Made by a program: the position numbers and the translations under genes. Source: Epithemia pelagica (lineage: Eukaryota > Protista > Bacillariophyta). Taken from it: a stretch of 64,000 nt of DNA. Shown piece after piece: positions 11,717-22,227 of the stretch; positions within the stretch are counted from its first letter, which is position 1; each line of letters opens with the position of its first letter. The notes beneath the pieces were generated by a model, which saw only the letters and a program-made list of their open reading frames with translations, was not told the origin of the DNA and ran no database searches. The stretch is taken from NCBI GenBank assembly GCA_946965045.2, contig OX337242.1:2480001-2544000 (forward strand), read 5' to 3'.

Positions 11717-13387
11717 ATGACCATGCCGCGATATTTGAACCGTCAACGATCGGGTCGTTCTCTCGAACTCGGTTGTGGTACGGAAACAAATGCTACTACC
11801 ATCAAGACTGCTACCAATCCCTCCTCCTTTCAAGGCTTGTCCAAAAAGGAACAGTTCTTGATGCAGCAAAGCAAACAAGAATCCTTCACCTCCACCACAT
11901 CGATTGCCACGGATATCATGGAACCCAGTTTGGTGGCCAATGCGGGGAGTCTTCCCGAGCTAGAGTCCACAAGTCCTATGGATACTAAGAATCTGAACAA
12001 CACTACGATCAAGTCAATGTCTGGAAGACTATCGCCTCCCATGCTCGCAACTAACACTCTTGTAACAAGTACCCCACCAATGCCTTCCAGCAAGTCCTCC
12101 TTGTTGCGGAGAACCAAGAAAGGGAGTGTTACTACGAATGCTACCTCAACTATGAGTACTAGCAGTCCCACGGGCGACGACTCCAGTGCCACAACGACCA
12201 AGGTATCCCGGATCGCTCCCTTGCCCTCTCCCTTCAAGACACGCCGCAAAATGGGGATCCCTCGAAGTAGCAGCAGCCATACCACTTCCAAACCTCGACT
12301 GTCCGACTTTTTGGACAAGACCGACAGTATCAGCAGCAGCACTACGACCAAGGATGCACCGCCTTCGAGTCCTCGTCGAAAAGGATCGCTCTTGCAATTG
12401 TCCTCCTCGGGAGTCAGTACCAACCACCACCCTACAATGAGTACTACTACAAGCTCTCGTCTACCACCGCTCCGTCGAGGTGTGTCTCGTAGTTCGTCCC
12501 GTTCTCTCACGGATCTCCAGGATCTCGAAAAGGAAGAAGAGGAACAAGAGACCTTACGAGCCATGCAACAAGCCGTCCAACGGGAACGACACCAGGCACC
12601 CCACAAGAAGGGTCCGCAGCATCAGCAGCAGTCCTCACCTTCCATGAACAGCAACAGCAACCGACGTCCTCCTCTTCCTGCCCGACGGGCCAGTTTGCTC
12701 GCCGATCGACGGGCGCAGTTTTCGGCTTCGCGCGGGTCGCGAGCCTTGGTCAGTACCCGCATGTTGGAATGTTTGGTGGACGCCTACGAAAAGATTTTCA
12801 ATGCCGACGACAATGACAGTGACACGGATCACGAGCATAATACCAATAGTACCCGTGAGGACAAGAAGGAGCAAGACCAGAACCGCAGCAAAGCTGCGTC
12901 CCCTGCTATCACCACAAATGAACTTCCGCCCGCCTACCCACAACCATCCAAAGCTATCCCGCCATCAAGTACTACCCGCCCTAGACCACTTCATCGTTCC
13001 AGCAGTCTCATTTTACCACGAAATGTGACAGACATTGCCAACACTTCTGCTCCATCCTCCTCGTCCCACGACATGGGGGTGCTGACCAAGAACAAGATCC
13101 CCAACCAGGCGGAATCATCTCGTCCTCCTCTTCGTGGAGGTCGTCGTCATCGTGCCGCTCCGACTCGCTCGAGTAGTATGGTTGTGGGAGAAGAATTGTT
13201 GTCTCAATACGATCGGATTATCCAAGAATATGACACGGATGACGATGACAACAACATGCCCCAGACGCCCAAGACCAAGACCATGCCGGCACGATTGGTG
13301 CGGCAACGTCCTCCTTCACCCTTGGTATTAGCCCCATCGACGACATCAACACCAGGGACTGTTGCCCCTTCGGTACCACTGGCGTAA
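11717..13387 (+). CDS. Cassette gene B, copy 1: Ser/Thr/Pro-rich disordered protein of unknown function (556 aa)
   Basis: Long ATG-initiated ORF; short helical islands (MLECLVDAYEKIF, ELLSQYDRIIQEY). Confidence 0.55.
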   Translation: MTMPRYLNRQRSGRSLELGCGTETNATTIKTATNPSSFQGLSKKEQFLMQQSKQESFTSTTSIATDIMEPSLVANAGSLPELESTSPMDTKNLNNTTIKSMSGRLSPPMLATNTLVTSTPPMPSSKSSLLRRTKKGSVTTNATSTMSTSSPTGDDSSATTTKVSRIAPLPSPFKTRRKMGIPRSSSSHTTSKPRLSDFLDKTDSISSSTTTKDAPPSSPRRKGSLLQLSSSGVSTNHHPTMSTTTSSRLPPLRRGVSRSSSRSLTDLQDLEKEEEEQETLRAMQQAVQRERHQAPHKKGPQHQQQSSPSMNSNSNRRPPLPARRASLLADRRAQFSASRGSRALVSTRMLECLVDAYEKIFNADDNDSDTDHEHNTNSTREDKKEQDQNRSKAASPAITTNELPPAYPQPSKAIPPSSTTRPRPLHRSSSLILPRNVTDIANTSAPSSSSHDMGVLTKNKIPNQAESSRPPLRGGRRHRAAPTRSSSMVVGEELLSQYDRIIQEYDTDDDDNNMPQTPKTKTMPARLVRQRPPSPLVLAPSTTSTPGTVAPSVPLA

Positions 13388-13804
13388 AATTTCCGGTACT
13401 CGTTTCTTGTGGTTTGATTTCTTCATGTGTAAATGTTTGTGTGAATTGTGAGTGTGTTGCGTTTTGACCGTTGGAATACCAAAAGCAAAGAAGAGAACCA
13501 AAACAAGAAGGATGAAGACAGCAAAGGGGATGTTCGTTGTGCTACGATAGACGCAAATGGGGAGACTGATATATTTATAGTTTTATTGTTTCCAACAATA
13601 TGGTAGTTTTCAAAACATTGCTTCATTGCCCAATGGAAGTTGGAAACAGCGAAAGATTGCTCTGGTTACAAGGCAAGGGAGCAGGATAGCGTAGGTGATA
13701 GGAGGAGGAGCATACCTTCAATATATACATGAGAATTTTTATCGCTCCATGAAGGAAACGAACATGACAGGCGTCCTCTATAAGGAGCAGCAGCAACCAC
13801 CCCT

Positions 13805-14548
13805 CTAGTCTTCCTTTTTTCGTTCCGTCGCTGCCGGCTTTCGGTCATCATCGCCCTCAGTGTCCTCGGTGGCGTTGTCCTCGACTGGTTCGGCGGATGT
13901 TGTTGGTCTATCGACGGGGTTCGGCTCCATGTTGCAGACGCTATCATCATTCGGATTCATATATTCACCTTCCAACGTGTCCATGTGTGCTATCGCTAGC
14001 GTTGGCGAACCCCCAGATGTAGGATTATTTGCAGATGCAGGGGGCAACCGATGCGTTCCAGAATTCTCCAGACTTGATATGGAACCGGACTCTAAACTGA
14101 CCACCGCTACATCTTCTACTGGTGGGTTTTGCGGCGGAGGGGGATCTTGGTGTGGTGGTGGATGTTGTGGAAGCTGTTGGATCTGGTTTTGGTTTTGCTG
14201 TTGTTGCTGCTGAATGTAAGTCTCCGCTTCTTGAAAAATTTCATCGTCCGTGACAATACCATCTGCAACAGGCACTTCGCCACGGACAAGAGGTATCAGT
14301 ACGTTGTGAGTGATCAGCACATGCAATTGAGATACAGTGAATGTCCGCAAGAAGGTGCGGATATGTTGCAAAGCTTCGTCTTTCTGTCTGGTGGCCATTG
14401 CGAACTCCGATACGTTGCTGTGAGGAAACGTGGACGATGAATGTGTTGTTACAACCGTACCCGATTCTTCTTGGTCGTCGAGAAAACCCTTGTAAGGATC
14501 TCTCGTCACCCACGCCAAGTCACGATGCTGAAAATCGAGCGCACTCAT
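13805..14548 (-). CDS. Cassette gene C, copy 1: unknown protein with polyQ and an acidic tail
   Basis: ORF from MSALDFQH, conserved in three copies and convergent with gene B. Confidence 0.5.
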   Translation of the reverse strand: MSALDFQHRDLAWVTRDPYKGFLDDQEESGTVVTTHSSSTFPHSNVSEFAMATRQKDEALQHIRTFLRTFTVSQLHVLITHNVLIPLVRGEVPVADGIVTDDEIFQEAETYIQQQQQQNQNQIQQLPQHPPPHQDPPPPQNPPVEDVAVVSLESGSISSLENSGTHRLPPASANNPTSGGSPTLAIAHMDTLEGEYMNPNDDSVCNMEPNPVDRPTTSAEPVEDNATEDTEGDDDRKPAATERKKED

Positions 14549-16351
14549 CAATGACGACAATTGGGAAGCAGAGAGAAACAGCAGACAGGGAGCCTTGATT
14601 CCAAGAATTGTGTCACGCCTTCCTTGATGAAGCGTTATTTGTGACAAGATGAGATGTACACATCATGGTGGTGTTACCATCGACACCCCAGCGGTGGAGG
14701 TTTCCAACCGCATAGTCGGACGCGCTGATTGTTAGGAAGACGCATGAATAACCCCTAGCGGAAGGATGTCCAACATGATTTTGGGAAATATACGCCTCTT
14801 AGCCAGAGCCGCTGGGGGTTTGAATCTGTCTTCCAGGGGCATTGCGGATACAATGGAGCTAATCACAACTCTCACTGCTTGAATAGTCCGATGAAACTCC
14901 CATATATACCATCTTTCTATTAATTTGCATGCTCTTCTTTCAAAGGTGACAGCGGTGGCTGCGTAGTAGTTGCTTGATGACGAAGAGCTTGACCATGGAT
15001 CCGTCTCTGATTCAATCAGTCAATTTTTCTGTTACTGGTTCTGACATCTGGCATCATCACCATTGCTTTCTCCGTCCTTTTCTTTTCGGTTTGTGTATGG
15101 CCCTGGTGTTTATGGACCCGCGATATGCTACTGCAGCTAAGTGGGTCCATGTGGGATGGCCAATTGTCCCTGACGATTCGTTCGATTCTGAAAAAGCGCA
15201 ACGCCAGCCTGCATGGCCGCGACCATGATTGTGGCTTAAACTGTGGAAAAGGCCAACTGCTGAATCCCTTCAGCATTTTGTCAACGAGAATCCAGAGAGA
15301 ACGGATCCGGACTGCCCGTATTGAGCAATCGGTTAAAACTTTCCAGCAAATCAGAACCATGTGCTGTGAGCCGTGAAAATTTGGTCCTTGCACCATCATC
15401 AAACGCGTCTACGCCAGCCTCTTGCTGCAATCCGTCTGCGATGTCCAAAGGGAAGAAACCGAGGCAAGAGAGGCTGGCCAGCAACCGCTCAGGCAGTCGA
15501 TCGATGTAACGAATCAAAGGCAGCGAGGAGACCTACTGCCGAGTGGAGGCAAACTGGAAGGAGATACATGGTGGGTATCAAACAATCTCATGAACCTGAC
15601 CTTGATCTCGCTCAATGGTCCGGCACGAATCTGCGGGTCTGAAACCCTGAAGTATGGGGCTCATTCGCAATAGCATCGGAATTGGATTCAGAGTTTAGAG
15701 CTCAGAGTCGTGTTGTGGGGGATGGCAATATGGAAATATGGAAAACACGGTGAGAAGTTCGTCATCCTTATCAACCTCTTCCTTTCCGTCGTGATCTGGG
15801 CCTCGAGTCTCCTCAAAGTAGGCGGAACGCTTCTGGTTTCTGCAATCACAAAGCAGAGGTTCCTTATTGTGTCGAGTTTGGTGCCGGGAGTTTAAGGCGA
15901 TCAAATCAACCGCAAGGAAGCTGCATTTTCGTCGTCTCCTCAAACCGAAGCTGTTGAAGAAGTGGACCAGCTGTTGATGATCAATAAATACTGAACAGTC
16001 TGGACGTGGTCATGTACTGTCATGCTATCTTGTTTTTCAGCAGAGGTTCCACCATTCTGTGCAATGGTTGACCATACTTGCAATCGATTCGTTCCTTCTT
16101 GAAGCATCTGCATCTGAAACGCGTCTCTGTCTCGCTCTCTATGTTCATAGTTTGATTCACATGCAAAGGATCACCGATCCAGGACCCCCATCACAATCAA
16201 GAACACCGCCACACTGACCAACAACGACACGATCTGATTACACTGCATTCTTCTTGCTCGAAAGGTCACAGTACGGGCCACTGCGCAATTTTTTCGATCG
16301 ATTCGTTCCTTCTTTGACTTCTCGAGTTGTCTCGTTCTCCCGAACTCGGTT

Positions 16352-16984
16352 GTGGTACGGAAAAAGCTGGTGCTAGAAGTGCTACTACCATTAAGGACGA
16401 CAATGACAGCGACACGGATCACGAGCATTATAGTGGTACTCGTGAGGAAAAGAAGGAGCAAGACCAGTACGTGGCGAAAACACAATGGCTTTGCTTCGCC
16501 TGCAGTTACCACAAACAAACTTCCGCCCGCCTACTGGCAACCTTCCAAAGCTTTCCCGCCATCAAGTACTACTCGCCCTAGACCGCTTCATCGTTCCAGC
16601 AGTCTCATTTTACCACGAAATGTGACAGACATTGCCAACACTTCTGCTCCATCCTCCTCGTCCCACGACATGGGGGTGCTGACCAAGAACAAGATCCCCA
16701 ACCAGGCGGAATCATCTCGTCCTCCTCTTCGTGGAGGTCGTCGTCATCGTGCCGCTCCGACTCGCTCGAGTAGTATGGTTGTGGGAGAAGAATTGTTGTC
16801 TCAATACGATCGGATTATCCAAGAATATGACACGGATGACGATGACAACAACATGCCCCAGACGCCCAAGACCAAGACCATGCCGGCACGATTGGTGCGG
16901 CAACGTCCTCCTTCACCCTTGGTATTAGCCCCATCGACGACATCAACACCAGGGACTGTTGCCCCTTCGGTACCACTGGCGTAA
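16352..16984 (+). pseudogene. Cassette gene B, copy 2, lacking the start region and about 1 kb of internal sequence
   Basis: The 3' half is identical to B1. The ATG segment and the stretch equivalent to B1 ~11806-12800 are missing. Confidence 0.6.
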
Positions 16985-17401
16985 AATTTCCGGTACTCGT
17001 TTCTTGTGGTTTGATTTCTTCATGTGTAAATGTTTGTGTGAATTGTGAGTGTGTTGCGTTTTGACCGTTGGAATACCAAAAGCAAAGAAGAGAACCAAAA
17101 CAAGAAGGATGAAGACAGCAAAGGGGATGTTCGTTGTGCTACGATAGACGCAAATGGGGAGACTGATATATTTATAGTTTTATTGTTTCCAACAATATGG
17201 TAGTTTTCAAAACATTGCTTCATTGCCCAATGGAAGTTGGAAACAGCGAAAGATTGCTCTGGTTACAAGGCAAGGGAGCAGGATAGCGTAGGTGATAGGA
17301 GGAGGAGCATACCTTCAATATATACATGAGAATTTTTATCGCTCCATGAAGGAAACGAACATGACAGGCGTCCTCTATAAGGAGCAGCAGCAACCACCCC
17401 T

Positions 17402-18145
17402 CTAGTCTTCCTTTTTTCGTTCCGTCGCTGCCGGCTTTCGGTCATCATCGCCCTCAGTGTCCTCGGTGGCGTTGTCCACGACTGGTTCGGCGGATGTTGT
17501 TGGTCTATCGACGGGGTTCGGCTCCATGTTGCAGACGCTATCATCATTCGGATTCATATATTCACCTTCCAACGTGTCCATGTGTGCTATCGCTAGCGTT
17601 GGCGAACCCCCAGATGTAGGATTATTTGCAGATGCAGGGGGCAACCGATGCGTTCCAGAATTCTCCAGACTTGATATGGAACCGGACTCTAAACTGACCA
17701 CCGCTACATCTTCTACTGGTGGGTTTTGCGGCGGAGGGGGATCTTGGTGTGGTGGTGGATGTTGTGGAAGCTGTTGGATCTGGTTTTGGTTTTGCTGTTG
17801 TTGCTGCTGAATGTAAGTCTCAGCTTCTTGAGTAATTTCTTCGTCCGTCACGATACCATCTGCAACAGGCACCTGGTAGCGGACAAAAGCTATCAATGAG
17901 TTGATAGCGATCAGCGGCTGCAAAAAATGCACAGGGATTGTCCGCAAGAAGGTGCGGATATGTTGCAAAGCTTCGTCTTTCTGTCTGGTGGCCATTGCGA
18001 ACTCCGATACGTTGCTGTGAGGAAACGTGGACGATGAATGCGTTGTTATCACCGTACCCGATTCTTCGCTGTCGTCGAGAAAACCCTTGAAAGGATCTCT
18101 CGTCACCCACGCCAAGTCACGATGCTGAAAATCGAGCGCACTCAT
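17402..18145 (-). CDS. Cassette gene C, copy 2
   Basis: Intact paralogue of C1 that differs mainly in a ~25-aa patch. Confidence 0.5.
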   Translation of the reverse strand: MSALDFQHRDLAWVTRDPFKGFLDDSEESGTVITTHSSSTFPHSNVSEFAMATRQKDEALQHIRTFLRTIPVHFLQPLIAINSLIAFVRYQVPVADGIVTDEEITQEAETYIQQQQQQNQNQIQQLPQHPPPHQDPPPPQNPPVEDVAVVSLESGSISSLENSGTHRLPPASANNPTSGGSPTLAIAHMDTLEGEYMNPNDDSVCNMEPNPVDRPTTSAEPVVDNATEDTEGDDDRKPAATERKKED

Positions 18146-18477
18146 CAATGACAACAATTGGGAAGCTGAGAGAAACAGCAGACAGGGAGCCTTGATTCCA
18201 AGAATTGTGTCACGCCTTCCTTGATGAAGCGTTATTTGTGACAAGAAGAGATGTGTACACATCATGGTGGTGTTACCCTTGACACCCCAGCGGTGAACGC
18301 TTCCAACCGGATAGTCGGACGGCGCCGATTGTTACGAAGACTGATGAATAACCCCTAGCGGTATACCCCTTTTTGCTAGAGCCGCTGGGGGTTCGAATCT
18401 GTCTTCCAGGGGCAATGGAGCTAATCACAACTCTCACTGCTTGAATAGTCCGATGAAACTCCCATAGATACCATCAT

Positions 18478-18695
18478 TGTTGAAACCGATCAGTCTTCGT
18501 GCTGTACAGGCAACAAAGCTAAAGCAAATTTCGTTATAGATTACAAAGAGTGAGCACTAGATGTCTCCTTCATTCGGCGGATCTTATGACCGCTTAGGGC
18601 CACATCTTGCCACTCTTCCACGTCAGTAGGATTCTTCATTCTTTGGTTGCTCTTAGCTCTTGGTTCCTGGCTCTGCTCCTGGTTCTGCTCCAACA
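18478..18695 (-). repeat. 3' LTR (218 bp)
   Basis: Direct repeat of 24209-24431 differing by one C/T substitution and a 5-bp indel. Confidence 0.95.
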
Positions 18696-21600
18696 CACTC
18701 CTTCCCGAAGAATGATGCTTATCGTTCTTTGGGATATTAAACAACAGGTCCCGGAATTTATAGAAGAGTGATCCTTGTAATGGCTTCGTATGAAAGTCAG
18801 CTAACATGTCACCAGTCGGACAATGTTCGATCTGAATTTCTTTTTTATCCACCCGGTCTTTGATAAAAAAGTACCGAATGTTGATATGTTTGGTACGCTT
18901 GCTACTTGAGGCCTTTCCATGTTTCTCCAGCAGCATCGCACTCATATTGTCTTGTAACAGTTTGGTTTCTTTGACCGCATATCCTTGGGCCAGCAAAAAC
19001 TCCCGACACCACAACATATTGGGCATTGCATCATGCACCCCAATCAACTCACTTTCGGTCGATGAGCGTGCTACCAGTTTCTGTTTTGCGGACATGCTCA
19101 TTGCGGCTCCTTCACCAAGACTCATCACCCCACCGGTATGACCTCTCATATTAGGGTGGACTGCGTATGATGCATCTACCCACCATCGAATAATCCCTGA
19201 GCCGTCACATCGAAGCCGAAGTAATAGATCCGTGGTGCACTGCAGATATTTCATCACGCGAGAGAGTTTCCGCCAATCGTCTTCACTTGGTGATTGCACC
19301 CTTGTACTGAGGAAAGCAATGGCCACTCTTATATCCGGCCTGCCCCTTTGTGCAACATACATTAACTGCATGGTCAAACTATGAAAGTAATCCGCGCATT
19401 CCTTATCCAGCTTTGGACTGTCTTCATTGACATGGAACAGATGGCTGGCCGCGGGCGTTTGTGCACGTCCTTTGAATTCCCGTGGCATTTCTTCTATCAT
19501 TCCGTGAATTGGCGACCGCATGTCCACGATCAACTTCTCTGGTTCAGAGAAATCAAGGTACATGCCCAAATAATCGTGCCGCTTTCCTCGTGAGATGGAA
19601 ATCTCACCCAGTTGCCCAAACGTTTCCTTGATTTGCTGGATCACGCCGTCAACCACACTTTTCTTCTTGTGCGAGATCTTCAGGTCATCAATGTGCCATG
19701 TGATGGTGCACTGACTTCCCTCGATCATTTTATTCGCCACACAGGCATCATACGGATTGATTGTGTAGCCCCAACTTTTGATTACCGCGGTCAGTTTCTC
19801 CCAGAACAACCTGGCAGCCCTTAATGTGCCATATAACGCCCGTAACAATTCAACATATAGGACTGGTTCACCTCGTTCATATACAACAAATGGTCGGTAG
19901 CCTTCGTCAATCTCTAGCAACAAGGTCACCATCAAGCCAGTGATTCTCATGTACACCCCAGGATCCATGATTGCCTGCATGAATGCTCCTGGGATGTCAA
20001 TTACCGCTACTTCGCGGCGCTCCATGGCATCCAAGATGGCCGTCATGAACACGGCCTCCGTGGCCGCGGTGGGCGATGATGCATCTTCCTTGGCTATGGT
20101 TGCCCGTTGTTTCCGACCATCGGCACAACCTCGACCCTTGATCTTGCCGCAACGTTTACGTTTGAGAAACATTAGATAGCCTAATGCTTGTCGGATTTGT
20201 TCCTTGGTTAAATTGCTTTTCATCACGGCCTTCATCACTTCTCGGTCGTGGAGCTGTTGCACTTCTTTTTTGACTGCGGCTACGCCTGGCTCTCCGAACA
20301 TTCTCACGCCCAGTTTCATCCCCATTTGTGGTGTCGATAAATCCTCGGCGACGGTAGAAGTCATGTAGATGTCATTGTTGTATCGATGCGCGTAGTTTCG
20401 TTCTCTGTTGGTGCGCAAGTTGTATCTTGGTTGATCTGGCACGTGTTCACCACCACCACCAGCACCAAAGTTTGGTTGTTGGGCCTCATTGTCAAGTGCC
20501 TGTGGCTCGGGCTGAAAGTTCACTCCTTCATTTGCCACTCCTTCATTTGCCACTCCTTCATTTGCCACTCCTTCATTTGCCACTCCTTCATTTGCCATGT
20601 TGTACTCGTCTGCGTCTTCTGCTTCGATCTCTTCCTCAAGTAGATTGTTATCAACGACTGCTTGATCGACGAAATCCTCTAACAATGCTTGTTCATGATC
20701 CGCTTGCACTGCCTCCTCCAATACATCATTCTTGTTTTCTTCCTCCTCTTCGTCATGACCATTAAGGTCCTCCATTTCCCCTTCTTCCTGACCATTAAGG
20801 TCCTCCATCTCCTCCTCGGCTCCATTCCCTTCACCCTGTGCCAATCCATCATCCATCTCCTGTTCCACTCCATCATTCAATGCATCGGCGTAATCCTGCT
20901 CCAGCTGAGCTAGGTCACCGATTTCCTCATCCACCAATGCTTCGTCATAACGCAGATCTTCGTCCTGATCTATGTCAGGCACATAGTCTTCATCTTCATC
21001 TATAGCATCATCATATTCAAGTGCTAAGATGCGGTTGTCCCGGTCGCCGAATGCTAAGCCCGGGAATGCCTCTTGCGCCAGTGCCAATTGTTCGACCCGT
21101 TTCGCTATACTCTCCGGCATTGGCACAGCGGTTGCATGGTTGCGACTGATTACTCGCCCGGATAACAAATTCAAAAAATAATACCCGCCTTGTTGATTAC
21201 CCGTGGGTCTCAGGGCCAGTCCACCTTGTGTTCTCGGTGTCATTGAGTTATCGTGGGGCTCGTGTGTTTGCACGTACTGCCCGAACTCAAACTTGCAGTG
21301 ACGGTGGAAATCCAACTGTTGTCCTGTTACAATCGTTTTAGGGCTCACATCGGCAGAGAGACCGTTTGCCGCTGGAAATGCATTCAGCCAAAACACAGCT
21401 GCCTTTGCCATTTCAATCACGAGTACCTTAGGGATCCGATCAAACGGTAATGTGTTGTAGATGCAACGCATCCGATCCTTTATTGTTCGAATATAACGTT
21501 TGATCTCACCCACATGTTCTTCTCGTGATGACGGATTCAGCCTCATGCCGATTGCATGTAGACCCGTGTTGATCACATCATTGTCAAAAGCGCCATCACC

Positions 21601-22227
21601 CATCATTGTCCTTGGCCGTAGATTCCCACGTCGATAGATTCCCACAACGTGTTTGATTGCTTCGATTAAGGACTCGGAAGTCAAGCTTTTCAACGCAGTG
21701 ATGGTCCCAAAACGAATGTGTCGTGATACTGTCGCCAACAACGGGACTCCGTTCACATGAAGGACGTCCATACTCAATGTGACGTCCCTGTATTGTTCAG
21801 GGACAGGGAAATCGACAAATGTGTTCTCATCCACACGAACAGGTCGCTTTCTCACTGTCTTGCCCTTGAGGGTGCCAATATCTGGCCCGATGATTTTGGC
21901 CGCCAATAGCACATCCCTGCTGGTGTACGGACAATTCGGAATCATGTGCCGATCCAGGATGGTCGCTAATTGTCTGTCACTAGGCCTTCCGATTTTAATT
22001 TGCAGTGACCGTACTCCATATGCTCTATCTACATCATTGGTAGTATAACGTGCTTTATTAGATGCAATCGTCGTAACTAAACCAACAGTAGTGGCATTGT
22101 TGTGCTTGGGGTGCCATTCTGAATAATAGAGGCCTTCTTGGCTGGTACGGAAGGTGTCGATGTGTGTGCCCTTGTGTGATATGTGAAACTCATCGGATTG
22201 TACATTGTAATTGATCTCGAACTGTTT
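18541..22227 (-). CDS. pol: Copia pol region (integrase, RT, RNase H), in frame with gag-PR behind a single TAA
   Basis: IN: SMDVLH..MGDGAFD..EHVGEIKR. RT: DIPGAFMQA, LYGTLRAARLFW, HIDDL. RH: DASYA, SSTESE, QDN, MLADFHTK. The frame is open from 22227 to the stop at 18541 inside the 3' LTR. Confidence 0.93.
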   Translation of the reverse strand, partial: KQFEINYNVQSDEFHISHKGTHIDTFRTSQEGLYYSEWHPKHNNATTVGLVTTIASNKARYTTNDVDRAYGVRSLQIKIGRPSDRQLATILDRHMIPNCPYTSRDVLLAAKIIGPDIGTLKGKTVRKRPVRVDENTFVDFPVPEQYRDVTLSMDVLHVNGVPLLATVSRHIRFGTITALKSLTSESLIEAIKHVVGIYRRGNLRPRTMMGDGAFDNDVINTGLHAIGMRLNPSSREEHVGEIKRYIRTIKDRMRCIYNTLPFDRIPKVLVIEMAKAAVFWLNAFPAANGLSADVSPKTIVTGQQLDFHRHCKFEFGQYVQTHEPHDNSMTPRTQGGLALRPTGNQQGGYYFLNLLSGRVISRNHATAVPMPESIAKRVEQLALAQEAFPGLAFGDRDNRILALEYDDAIDEDEDYVPDIDQDEDLRYDEALVDEEIGDLAQLEQDYADALNDGVEQEMDDGLAQGEGNGAEEEMEDLNGQEEGEMEDLNGHDEEEEENKNDVLEEAVQADHEQALLEDFVDQAVVDNNLLEEEIEAEDADEYNMANEGVANEGVANEGVANEGVANEGVNFQPEPQALDNEAQQPNFGAGGGGEHVPDQPRYNLRTNRERNYAHRYNNDIYMTSTVAEDLSTPQMGMKLGVRMFGEPGVAAVKKEVQQLHDREVMKAVMKSNLTKEQIRQALGYLMFLKRKRCGKIKGRGCADGRKQRATIAKEDASSPTAATEAVFMTAILDAMERREVAVIDIPGAFMQAIMDPGVYMRITGLMVTLLLEIDEGYRPFVVYERGEPVLYVELLRALYGTLRAARLFWEKLTAVIKSWGYTINPYDACVANKMIEGSQCTITWHIDDLKISHKKKSVVDGVIQQIKETFGQLGEISISRGKRHDYLGMYLDFSEPEKLIVDMRSPIHGMIEEMPREFKGRAQTPAASHLFHVNEDSPKLDKECADYFHSLTMQLMYVAQRGRPDIRVAIAFLSTRVQSPSEDDWRKLSRVMKYLQCTTDLLLRLRCDGSGIIRWWVDASYAVHPNMRGHTGGVMSLGEGAAMSMSAKQKLVARSSTESELIGVHDAMPNMLWCREFLLAQGYAVKETKLLQDNMSAMLLEKHGKASSSKRTKHINIRYFFIKDRVDKKEIQIEHCPTGDMLADFHTKPLQGSLFYKFRDLLFNIPKNDKHHSSGRSVLEQNQEQSQEPRAKSNQRMKNPTDVEEWQDVALSGHKIRRMKETSSAHSL
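18696..18707 (-). promoter_or_regulatory. Polypurine tract
   Basis: Minus-strand GGGAAGGAGTG immediately precedes the 3' LTR. Confidence 0.65.
20521..20595. repeat. 5 x 15-bp tandem repeat encoding (NEGVA)5 in the IN-RT linker
   Basis: cactccttcatttgc at 20521, 20536, 20551, 20566 and 20581. Confidence 0.95.

Noticed and set aside
14974-15943. Short ORFs in spacer A (and their copies at 24495-25456)
   Set aside because: Frames and lengths are not conserved between the two copies and no motifs are recognisable.
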